A DNA stretch of 64,000 nucleotides. Origin: Adineta vaga. Taxonomy: Eukaryota > Animalia > Rotifera. The notes beneath the pieces were generated by a model. It saw nothing but the letters and a program-made list of their open reading frames with translations. It had not been told where the DNA came from and ran no database searches. Positions 40,873-53,092 of this stretch are shown here, piece by piece. The stretch spans positions 5,084,001-5,148,000 of the forward strand of contig CP075493.1 in the NCBI GenBank assembly GCA_021613535.1, in the 5' to 3' direction. A program made the position numbers and the translations under genes. Numbering within the stretch: position 1 is the first letter of the stretch; each line of letters starts with the position of its first letter.

Positions 40873-43800
40873 ATGGATTTACCATCCATTAATCTAATTA
40901 CTGCAGCACCATTAAATGATGGTTCGTATGATTTCAATAAACTAAATTTTTAGAAATAATTCATTTTCATTTGTAGCTGTACGCGAATTACCTGTATTAT
41001 CGTTGGCTAATCCTGGAATGGAACGTATTGTTGATAGTAGTACAGCTGAATACACATCCATGTTACTCAATTGCCGTGATGGTGCATTAGCACAACAACT
41101 TGCAAATAAACTTTCAATAGTAGCTAATACTGCGACATCAATGTAAAGAAGGAATTATGTAGTTTTCGGAAAAGAAATCGTTTTTGTTTTAGTACACTTC
41201 GACAACTGCCAGATCCAGCACCAATTCCATTGCATGCATTACCTCCACTGTTACAAATCACTGCACAATATAATCCAAATATTTTTAATGGTATGAGATA
41301 ATTTTGACTTATTTTTCATTACCTTTTATTTGTTCAGGAGCTTGCCATCCTTCATCATTTCCACGTCCGAATTTCCAGTAAATATAATCGAATATTATTT
41401 GATCTATATAGAAATAAACATATATGAATTTAGATCTCCAACAAATTCCTATCCACATTATCCAAATCCTCATTATTTACCACAAATAAGTCCGAATAAT
41501 AATAATGGTTACAATCAACCAACAACAGCAGCATCATCATCGTCATCATCATCACGTAAGTTATTTCTACAACAACAACAAAAAAAGAAATAGATTAAGC
41601 GGAACATTTGACATCTCTATAGCTTACTCTTCACGTGGTTTTATGCCAACAACAAATGCAGTGCCTAATCAATCACCCGATCCTCAATCAATGCTCTATC
41701 CTCAAAATCCATCACTCGCTTCTCATCGTCCAACACGACCGACTGCTGTTGTTCCACCTCTACCTAAAGATCCTATTATATCATCACCAATGGGTTCAAT
41801 ACCGAGTACATCAGCTCCAATGACACCTTCTACATCATCATCATCATCAAACTATCAACAAGTCTCGCCACAAAAACCACCAAATTATCAAAAACAGGTC
41901 AGTTTCTCAATACATTCTAAATTTGAAATACACATAATCAACCGTTGAATTTGAAAACGAATTAAGAAAATCTATATTTCCACGTGTTCTTCTATCGTTT
42001 TCCTCTTCTTATGTTTGAATATAGTTCATTGTGTACAAACCGTTAGGAGAAGAAGAAGAAGAGAGAATATATCCTATGTGTATTTCTTTTGAATAGACTG
42101 ATACATTGCAATCACATGAAATCACGAATAAAAATTCGCAATCAATAACACATCATCACAATAATATCAATGATACGATGACCAAAAAACCGAGTATGAA
42201 AAAACATGTTACATATAGAGAAAAAAACATATATTTATATTTGTATGTATGTATTTAGCACTAGTTGTTCAACAAGATCAACAACACCCACATCAACAAG
42301 TTGAAAAAATACGAATTAATCTTAATAAATTACAACAGGATGAACTAGGTAAGTTCGATATATAACAGTTGTCAATTGGAAACTGAATCGATCGATTTTT
42401 GTTTTAGCTTCTATTCGAAATATTTCGCCTTCCAAACAACGTTCCATGAAACCCAATGTACCTCAACAATTAGATCATCTACCTTCGGATTTCACTCCGG
42501 ATTTAATCAAAGAATTACTTCAAGATGGTTATTCTCTTGATAGCAATGCAGGTGAACGATTATTACGTCAACGTCGTGCAGCTCTTAGTAATGCTACATC
42601 TTTAAATAATTCACCGAAGAAAAAACGTATTAGAAGTTTATCAACTGAAGATGGTGACGATGACAATGATAATAATGATGATGATGATACCAATGATGTC
42701 GATAATGATGAAGAACAACAGCCATTGAAAAAACGTATACGTCGAACAAATGATAATACATTTACTAATAATTCTGTTGATGTAATGAGTGCATTGAATA
42801 AGAAAACTCGTGATCGTTTAGCACGTAAAGCATTGGATATTGATGCTGATCCACAAGAAAATACATCTTATCAACGTTTTATTCAATTATTAGATATATT
42901 TAATGATGATTATGATCGTCATCATGAACAATTAGAACAAACACCTGATGATCATTATTTAGATTTATTATTATCTGACCATACATTAGATGAAATGGCT
43001 ATTCTATCTGAAAAACTTAAACTTTCAACTTATATGTCACGTATTGATCGAATAAAATTAAAACGTTTATTAGAAATTCTCTCTTTACGTATCAAACAAG
43101 GTATTGAAATGAGTCCAATACTTAAACATGATATCAATGATGATCAAAACGATGGCGAAGAAGAACGTATATGGCGAGATTTAGTTTTTGAACGTTTAAC
43201 AATGTGTGCAAATGCTTGTGAAATAAGTTTAAATATCATGACAACAGATAATATGCCCAAAGAAATTCTTATTGAACATGTTATTGAACATACATCTTTA
43301 TTTATTAAAGCACAATTAGCTAAAACAATCTTTCCAGAATATGATCCATTGTATAGAAATGATAATCATTCAAAAGGTATGTATTTGACAAAGAAAGGAA
43401 ATGTTTTAATCTCCTTTTCTATTTTAAGATCCTTCATTAACGAAACAAAAACGTTCCAAAGTCACAGGAACGAAATGTAAACAAGTACAAATACTTTATA
43501 ATAAGATTGTTTCACTCTTCCAAGGCATTACAGATTTAATGCCACTAGGAAAATATCCTGATACAATTATTCTTGCTGTAAGTTTTCTTTGAAACAAATA
43601 GTATTCTCAACTAAATAATTCTGTATTTTTCTCTTAGATATCATCATTTACTGTCAGTTGTATATATGTAGAAAATATTGTTGATCTTCAAGCACATTCA
43701 TTACGTATTCTTACGGAATTATTTTCTCGTTATGAACATCATCGTGATTCCATTCTTGAAGATCTTCTTCTTTCACTTGCACGTTTACCAACTAGTAAAA

Positions 43801-46800
43801 AAAGTCTTCGTTGTTATCGTTTACCATCAGGTGAATCCATACAAATGTTTACAGCATTAATAATGCATTTAATTCATGCACCAGTTACATTAGCATCCAC
43901 AATCAATGTTAGTATAACTGATTCAACAAATGAAATTCATCTTTTAAATACGTATTCTACGGCACAAAATTTAGCATTTAAATTTTTAACATTATTTTTT
44001 CGTTCATGTGGAACAAAACAAGGTGAAGATGATTATCGAATTGTATTCGAAAATTTCTTAGCCGATTTACTTGTCACAGCTAATCGACCTGAATGGCCAG
44101 CATCAGAAATTCTTCTCACATTATTATCACGAATCTTAATGACAAATTTTTCAAATCATTCTTTACAAATTAATACACGTTTACAATCATTAGATTATCT
44201 TGGTTCCGTTGCAGCACAATTACGTAAAGATACGATTGACAATGATGTTTTAAATTCACGAGAAAATCAAGATAAACTTGATGGAATCGTTCATAAGACA
44301 TTATCAAGTATTGAATTAGATGAAGATATGATGGAAATTTATAAAACAGATCCACTACGTTATCATCGTAGTTTAGTTATTTATCTGAATGAATTGAGTT
44401 TAAGTGATCAAACGAGTTATTATGCAAAAATGTTTCATATTGGTCAATGGTTACGTGATGTTAATTTAACAGTAGAACGATTAACTCAAACATTAACACG
44501 ACGAATGAAACCAGGACAAGCTGAATTAGTTGATGATGATGTTGATGAATCAATGAATACAAATTCGAAACCATCGATATCAATTGAAGATGAAATTGAT
44601 TTGAAAAAGAATGAAAAAATGACGATTCTTAAAATGCTTTCACTTCCTGAAACAGCACGAAAACAACAACGATATACTTTAGATATTGAATATGATGATA
44701 TTTGTTTATTAATGCGTTATTTAACATCGAATCGACCATTTCTTAAAACTTTTGATGTCTATTTAAAACAATTAGCAGCCATATTTCAATCCGAAGCTGG
44801 TACAAATATACGTAGTAAAGCAATGAAATGTTTATGTACTGTTGTTGAAGCTGATCCAACTGTTTTATCACGAAATGATATTAAATCATGTGTGAAAGTT
44901 GGTTTAACCGATAAAAGTATTAGTGTTCGAGAAGCAGCCATTGATCTTATTGGAAGATATATTGTACAAAAACAAGAATTAATTTTACAATATTATGATG
45001 TTCTTTGTGAACGAAGTATTGATACAGGTAGGAAAGCAAAATCTTAAAGATGAATATAATCTAATTTTAAAAATGACTATTTCTAGGTGTTAGTGTTCGA
45101 AAACGTGTTGTGAAAATCTTTCGTGATGTTTGTTTAACTCAACCAAATTTCATTCGAATACCTGATATATGTTCACGTTTATTACGACGTATACATGATG
45201 AAGAATCTATTCGTAAATTAGTTCTTGAAACATTTCAACAATTATGGTTTTCTCCCACTCGAAATCAACAAGATGTAAAACAACGTGTTCAAACTATCAT
45301 TGATGTTTTAGTTGATGCTCAAAAACAGAATTATACTTGGTTAGAAAATTTAGTCAAAGAATTTCTTCATACAAATGATAAACAATCCAATGATGATAAG
45401 AAAAAAGTTCGTGAACAACGAAAAGATGTTTTAAAAGCCATACAAGATATTATCAATGAATTAGTTGAGTCAATTCTTAAAGTCGAATCAGCAAATGATC
45501 AAGTTCGTGACTTTCATTTTCATCGTTTCGAAAAACAAATTTTCATTTTTTGTTTTCTAGAATTCATCCAATAAAATGGTTGCTATATTTATTGCTTTGT
45601 ACGCATTAGGTAAAGCTAAACCTGAACATGTTCTTCCACATGTTTCAACTATAGTGGAATATTTAAACATCAAATGTACATCATATAATGATAATATTAT
45701 CGTTCAATATGTTGCAAAAATTCTTGAATTTACTGTTCCATTAATGAAATCAGCATCATCAAGTATTATTTATTCATTAGAAGGTAGTTTAACCAAACTT
45801 CTTCTTGTTAGTGGTCAATTAGTTATTCATTCAAGCATTGCTTGTCTATCAGCTGTTATACGTTTATCAAAAAATACTCAACTTGTTAAAGATGTTTTCA
45901 TTCGATATCATTGTAAGTTTTTGTTTTCTGATCTTGAGATAAAACTGAATTTCTGCTTTCATAGCTATTGTTATTCAATGTCAACAAAAAATTTTGGAAA
46001 AACCAGATGAAGAATTTAAAGGTAGTGCACAATTAGCTCGATCAATTTATATCTTAGGTGTTCTATGCAAATATTTTGATGTGGAAAAAAATGAATTCGA
46101 TGATCTTGAAGTAAATAAATCAGTTAAATAAATCTATCATTGCAAATTTCATTGTTTTCTTATATTAGTTTTCTGTCGATGATCTTTTTCAATTATTTAT
46201 ATTTTTTATTCAACGACGTGAATCTGTTGTTAAATTGAAATCTCTCGTCGGTTTGGGTTTCTTCTTACAACGTTATGGACAATATCTTATACGTGATACA
46301 ATTCGTCAATTATATCATAATTATCTATTAGATCGTCGTCCTGCTGCTGCTCAATTACGTTGTCAAGTCTTGATAAATCTTGAAGAATATTTTCGTGATT
46401 GTATACGTCGTATGTCTGAACAAGATGTTGATTATCTTCAATTATCAACAGCAATTAATCCTTCGACAACAAATGAAGATGAAAATAGCAATGATGGAAT
46501 TACTTCAACAGGTGCCAATCTTAAAGATACAACAGATGTACATTCAGAAATGGCTAGTTCAATTGCTCAATGTTATTTACGTGTTGTCTTAGATACATAT
46601 TTAAGTGAAGATGAAACAATTCGTCAATGTGTTCGCAAAGTGGTTACATGCATATTAGAACAAGGTCTTGTACATCCTGTTCAATTCATACCTTATCTTA
46701 TTGCAATGACAACGGATCGAGATACAAATATTCAACAAAGTGCTGAACAAAATTTACAAGATTTAGATAAAACTAATCCAGGTATAATTCAAACTAAAGT

Positions 46801-47867
46801 TATGCATGGATTAAAAATGAGTTATCAATTACAAAAATTATTGGCTGTAACCAATCCAAATAAGAATAATACTCAACAATCAAATGTACAAAACGAGATT
46901 ATTAGAGGTAAAGATTTAGAATTATCTTTTTGTTAAATTGAAAATTTATTCTTATTTAGGCATGACAAAAGTAGCAGTAACTCCTTCAAATAATCAACAA
47001 TCACCATTTTGTTCAGTAAATCATTTTCTCTATTCATTAATTCGTTCTTCACGTGTTTATCGTCGTGGTTTAATATCTCAATTATTAAAAATGTTCGATA
47101 ATGATACAACAACAACAACATCTACTACACTCGAAGAACAATTATTTGTTGCTGATAATCTAGCTTACTTTCCTTATCAAGTACAAGATGAACCATTATA
47201 TTTAATTGAACAAATTGATCTTACCGTTAGTGTTAGTGGTTCAACACAATTACAACAATTTCGTGATTTATTAAAACAATATTTAGATTATATCGATGAT
47301 GATGAAGGTATTGATTTGAGTAAATTAGAAGAGAAATTTCTTCAATTATCTGATCCAATTATTGATGAATTAAATCAATGTTTACGTGTATCAAAATCGA
47401 CGATGTTATTATTAATATTAAAATCGTATTTAAAAGATGTTTATAGTGTAAATGATACGAAAATAACTGAATATGATCATACAGAATCAAGTAAAATAAC
47501 TGATCGACCAATCATGTCAAGAAAGATGAATGTCAAATTTGAACCAAAACTTATTCTTGATACAATTAAACCATCATCATATATGGATCATATTCAACGA
47601 CGAAAACAAATTTTAAAAGATTTTCAAGATTTTAAACGTTATCTTCTTGCATTTGATACCGATGCAGATGATACAGTACAAGCAATATCCGAATTATTAC
47701 CATCAACAATGACAGGGACAACAGCAACAGCAGCAACAACAACAACTACAACAACAGCAGCTTTGCCAGGAAAAACAAGCAAGAAAAAATCTGGAGGAAC
47801 AACGAAGCGAAGAAAAGTTATGATCGACTCCGATGATGACAGTGCCGATGGCGATTTTCAGCCATAA
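40873..47867 (+). CDS. NIPBL: Nipped-B-like cohesin loader (Scc2), multi-exon
   Basis: TIFPEYDPLY, DYRIVFENFLADLL...PEWPASE, IRSKAMKCL, SVREAAIDLIG, DTGVSVRKRVVKI, QGLVHPVQFIPYLIAM, ADNLAYFPY...EPLY HEAT-repeat motifs. Confidence 0.96.
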
Positions 47868-47971
47868 TCTCTCTTTTCTCTATTGTTTTATATAATATAT
47901 ATTATGTATGTTTTTTTTTATATGATGATGTCTCTCCTTCATGTCCACTATAATGTATAAATTATCTGTAA

Positions 47972-47988
47972 GTGTGTGTGTGTGTGTG
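47972..47988. repeat. (GT)n microsatellite in NIPBL 3' region
   Basis: Direct dinucleotide run. Confidence 0.8.
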
Positions 47989-48228
47989 TTCTGGAAAATT
48001 TTTCTTGTCTTTTCATTACATATCTGCCTAATACTGTACAGCGAAGCAGAACAACAAAAGAGAAAAACATGATGCCATTGTTATTCTAAGAATAATGATG
48101 ATTCTATGGAGTTTTTGATTAGTACGATCTCAGTTCATTTTTTTTCTTTGATTGTTTTGCTATAAAAAAAAAACGAGAAAATTAAATAAAAGTCAAGTGT
48201 TGTCTTAGGAAAAATGCATTCGAAATTT

Positions 48229-49352
48229 TCAATGAGAATTATTAATCATTTCGTCATTGTCATCAGATGAATCGATCGAATCAATTAAATTTATAAATGC
48301 TGATGTTGTATCACCACTTCCATCATTCATATTTAAATGATGTTCAACAATATCAAGAGTTGTTTGAGTTATTTGATCAGTGGTCAATTGAAGATTGACA
48401 GTTTCATGAAGAGAATTGGATGTCGAAATTGATCTTTGAGATAAAGAATTCGTTTGTACTTCTATTTTATCCAGAACGGAATCAATATTATCAAGTATGG
48501 AATGAATCTGTGTTATCATCATTGATGATGGTTCAATTGGCGAAGGTGGTGGAGATTTTGTTAGAAATGATGTATAACTTTGTGTAGTAGATAATGACAT
48601 TGTTGTTGGTTGAAATTGTAGATTATCATCTGTCAAATGAAACTTTTTTCGTTCATTTGTATCATTATCTGATGAAATCAATCGTTTATTTGATAGATGT
48701 TCATCGAAAGATGAAGATGAAATACCACTTCCGAATACGCGACAAACGAATTGTTTAGCTTTTTCAAATACACCAGATGTGTTTGATACAACCTTTCGAT
48801 AAATGAATATTGAGAAACGAAAATTTCGAGTGATCAAAGTAACAAACTTTTGTCAAAGTAGATGATGGATTTGTCAATTGTGTTGAATATTTATTATCTA
48901 AGATATCAACCAATCCTCTATTCATTTTCACTGATCTATGATAAATATTAATGTTTAAAAACATTCGTAAATGAAAAGATAATATACTCGGAAGTTTTAA
49001 GTATGTCCACTAGATTGAATCGATATTCATTAGTTGGGAAAAGATCGAGAAGTAATGGAAGACTTTCTGTTGTAATAAATGGATGAATCTAATCAAAGTT
49101 TTTGTAGTTCTTTTAACAAAGAGAAACTAAAAATTAAACTTATACAAATGGAATTAATTCTTGTACTGCTTGTAAACGATATTTTTCATTATTAAATATA
49201 GAAAAAAAGACTTGTAAAGTCGATGATGTTAGTTGTAAATGATGAAGATGTGATTTAAGTGTAATAAGCATTTGTAATCGATCGATATCATTATTAAGTC
49301 GATATAATTCTCGACATAGAATATCTATAGGTGAATGGTTCGTATTTAACAT
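48229..49352 (-). CDS. Uncharacterised protein; helical N-terminal repeats reminiscent of DUF4476/PROSER1, Ser/Thr-rich tail; four exons
   Basis: Two similar units (FFSIFNNEKYRLQAVQEL; LLDLFPTNEYRFNLVDIL) in short exons followed by a low-complexity last exon. Confidence 0.5.
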
Positions 49353-49663
49353 TTTTTTAAAATCATTGAATTAAACAAAAGAAATGAACAAAAACGTGAC
49401 TTTTACAAGTTTTAACAATGATTTGAAAAATAAAAAGCGCGTGAAACGGAACTCGTTTCTTTAGTTATTCAGTTGTTTAGAGATTCAAACATGTTGATAG
49501 TTGACGAAAGGAACTTTAGTTTTTTGAGAGATCATATCACTAAATATTTTTCTCTTAAGAAAAATATTCATTCTTTTTTTGAATTGTCGCTTCATTAACA
49601 ACAAAATGCATTCAGCATCAATTCTTATAAAATATATAGAATGAATCTTTTGTATGAGTGTGT

Positions 49664-50354
49664 TTAGAACGAATCTTCATATGGATGAAAAGTTACTGAT
49701 GAAGCTGACTCTCGCCTAGACATTGGAATTTCATATAAGGCTGGTACTACAACAGCTGATGGTATTCGAAATAATGGTGGTAGACGTGGTGGTACGGGTA
49801 GTCGTGGCGGTGGTGGTAATGGTGGTGGTACTGATGCTGCAATAGTTGATGTTGCTGTTGAAATCGACGCGGAATACGCTAATAATTTCTTTTTTACACG
49901 TTTTTTCCAAATAAAAAATATAACCAACCCAACAATTAGGGTTAGAAGAGCTCCACCAAGTCCACTGGCAACGACAATGCCAATGTTTATCTGAGAGGAA
50001 GAAGAAGAAGACGTTGTTGTTGTTGATATAGATGACAAAACTACTTAATTGAATGAGATAGAAGAAATCGATAGGTTTTCTTTACATACTTGAACACGTT
50101 GGTCCACTAAAACCAGACAGACATTCGCAAGTCTGATTAATTGTACATGTACCTGTGTGGTTTGGTACACATGTATCACATGGACGTAGATCTATACGAG
50201 AAAAAAAAACAAACAAACATAAAATCAGATCTTCAAAAGAATCGCTTCTATCTTAACATTCTTCAGTATTGTTAAGTGAAATAAATATTAGTTGGATTAT
50301 TTGATAGACAAAAGAATGATTAATGAATCTCAACAGATATTTATATAAGGGTTT
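49664..50354 (-). CDS. Single-pass membrane protein with one EGF-like domain and Pro-rich cytoplasmic tail; start codon unresolved
   Basis: Exon near 50091-50190 encodes CDTCVPNHTGTCTINQTCECLSGFSGPTC, followed by an S/T stalk, TM (IGIVVASGLGGALLTLIVGLVIFFIW), KKR, PPLPPPP and YEIP. Confidence 0.7.
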
Positions 50355-51095
50355 CTGTGGATCAATAAAAGAAGTTTTTTAAAACATAAACTGTCAATGT
50401 TATTAAATCTTATGCATACCTGTCATACAAAAGTTGATGTTGTCGATTGAAAAGTAAGATTTAAAAAATCAATTCATTTTTCTCTTCGCAACAGAATTTC
50501 TTTTCGAAAATGTTTCTCATTCAGCAAGACGAAACAAAAGCATTTAAGTCCTCCGAACGAACATGAAAAACATTGCATGGAACACAAAAACAATTGACGA
50601 ACAAGAGAAGGAGAGAAAAAAGAAAGCGTTGGATAATAATGAAACTTACGTAAATAATCTCGTCATTCAAATGATGCACAAAAAATTCCTATACTGTTTG
50701 CTTTATTTTTTGCTTCTTTCTAATCGATCTCATTCCGATTATTTGATAATCGAATCAAGAAGACATTTTGTTTAAATTTGAAGAAAAAAAAGTTCGTATT
50801 CATCTTTTCATTTCGAGACAGCATGGTTTTTGATTTCAATCAAACAAATGGGCGTTGTGCAGTGCATTCAATGTAATAAATGCCTCAAACCTAATAGTTT
50901 GTATGTGACCATTTTTTTGTCTTCATCATGTCAAGAAACTAATGGATTTGGTATTTCCTATTGATTATCAGAGTAACTTATTCTTTGTTGTATTTCAATA
51001 ACAACATTCAGAGAGAGAGAGAGAGAGAGCACGAGAGAGAAATGCATATGTTTAAATGACAAACAGAAAAGAATGTCTGTGCAATTAAGAAGAAG

Positions 51096-51104
51096 AAAAA
51101 AAAA
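51096..51104 (-). terminator. RNA polymerase III oligo-T terminator of tRNA-Phe
   Basis: T9 run on the minus strand 6 nt after the tRNA 3' end. Confidence 0.8.
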
Positions 51105-51110
51105 GAATGG

Positions 51111-51121
51111 TGCCGTGACCC

Positions 51122-51178
<57 letters not shown>

Positions 51179-51183
51179 CCGGC
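51111..51183 (-). tRNA. tRNA-Phe (GAA)
   Basis: Reverse complement GCCGGGATAGCTCAGTTGGGAGAGCGTCAGACTGAAGATCTGAAGGTCCCTGGTTCGATCCCGGGTCACGGCA; cloverleaf, A/B boxes, GAA anticodon. Confidence 0.97.
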
Positions 51184-51249
51184 GATATACAGGTAAATTT
51201 AATGGGATTTAATAGTTTATTTTTCTTTACAAATACAAATTTAAACAAA

Positions 51250-52611
51250 TTAAGTTTCTGTTCTTTCAACATAATCTTTATATAATTCCCGTTTTTGTTG
51301 TCGTTCATAATATGCGTGTTTAGCTTCTTCTAACACTTCATTGACCGTTCGTTTTTCACATAATCGACGTATTCTTTCAATTCTTGTCTCCTGTGCTATC
51401 CGTTTCTTTTCACTTGCTATTGGCATACTAATCATTGTTTCATCATTTTCTTTCGTATTGACTTTCTCTTGTTTGATTTTTTCAGTTTTCTTCTTCTTAC
51501 TAGTTGTTGTATTTACATCAGCTTCAAATTGTTCATCATCATAGACTTGAGTACTTGGATCATTGATTCGTCGAACTTTAATGGGTTGCTTTCTTGGATT
51601 TTCAATACCAATGGATGTTTCATTGTCATCATCTTCTTGTTCTTTAGGTTTAACATCTTGAGCATGTTTTGTACGAGCACGAACATACATATTATCATTA
51701 TTGTCAGTAGCCGAAGGATCGGTATCCATAGCTTCATCATCTTCATTATCTGTACGTGTTCGTAATTGACGAGCATTTCGAGATGTTGCTGTAAATTCTA
51801 AGATGAAAGAGTTTTTCCTATTTATTTATTTTTGTTTTGAGTTTTGAATCTTACTTTCTATTTTTGGTTCAGTTTTGACCTTTTCACTTTCTTCAAGAAT
51901 TGTTGCATCACCTAAAACATTATAAATACAACACACATACTCGTTATTTTGATATCTGAACAACTCAAACAAACCTGTTCGAAGTTTAAATTGAAATCGA
52001 TAGAATGCATCCATATTATCTTGTTGTAAAACATTTAACATCGCTTCTCGTTTGTCTTCTAGCTTTTCTCGTTCGAAATCAGCTTGTCGTTCAGCTAATT
52101 TAACTTTATATGCAGCTGTAACAAATACTTCTTTATCCGCATAAAGATCACCTTCTGCTTCTCGTTCACGTTGAATACGACGTTCTTCTCTTCGTTCATG
52201 TTCTTTTTCACGTATTTCTTTTTTTTCCAGAAGACCAGCGATATATTTTGGTGCACGAACTGTATTGGTTTCACGTTCCAAACGTTTCTTTTCTTCACGT
52301 CGTTGTTCCTGCTGTACAGTTGAACTAACTTGTTCATAGACTTCATCATATTCATAAATATTTGGATCTTCTTCGAGAGCTTGTTCAATATCTCGTTGAG
52401 CTTTTGGATTTAGTGCAAGACGAGATGATGTTGGTGGTTTTGTAGGTTTACTTGTTGTATCTGTATCTTCATCATCATCAAGTGAGAAAGCTGAAGCTGC
52501 GAAACAGTTTCTATTAATTGGAGTTATCGTTGTTGCTTTGGTTTTTGGTTTACTAGTAAATGATAAACCAAATGGTCGATTAGTAGTCGATGAATTATCA
52601 TCCGCAGACAT
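51250..52611 (-). CDS. NSRP1: Nuclear speckle splicing regulatory protein 1 (CCDC55, DUF2040)
   Basis: ALEEDPNIYEYDEVYE, PKYIAGLL, ERRIQREREAEGDLYADKEVFVTAAYK; C-terminal KRTVNEVLEEAKHAYYER. Confidence 0.9.
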
Positions 52612-53092
52612 AATCTAAACAGAGAGTAAAAACTATGTCGGATATTTCTTCACTATTTCTCAATTTTCGTAAGAATATGTGAAGAGTTTCAAGGAGAAAT
52701 CTTTGTTACTATACTAAATGTTTTACGTTTGACATTCTTTTGTGTGTGTTATAAATTATAATTTAGAAAGAAATATCCACATTTGTTAGTTATCTAGTCC
52801 AACTAAAAACACTTCTACTAGCGCCATCTTTATCCATTTATCTCTCTTAACATGAAATTAATTCCGAAATAGTTTACGTTATTCTCTTTCCTTATGTAAT
52901 TCAACTGTATAAAGTATATCTCGATTGTGAATGAATATGAAAATGAACGGAGTTCATTGCTTAGTATCAATCGGAATAATGACGGCAATTTGACGAATCA
53001 TAGAATTTTTTCTTCAGAACAAAGAATGCTTGTTGGACAAAGAAATTGTTCTTGTTTTTTACCACATTATAAATAATTCCATTTGATTTTAC

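Noticed and set aside
51073-51285. 70-aa plus-strand ORF
   Set aside because: Antisense translation of the tRNA-Phe gene.
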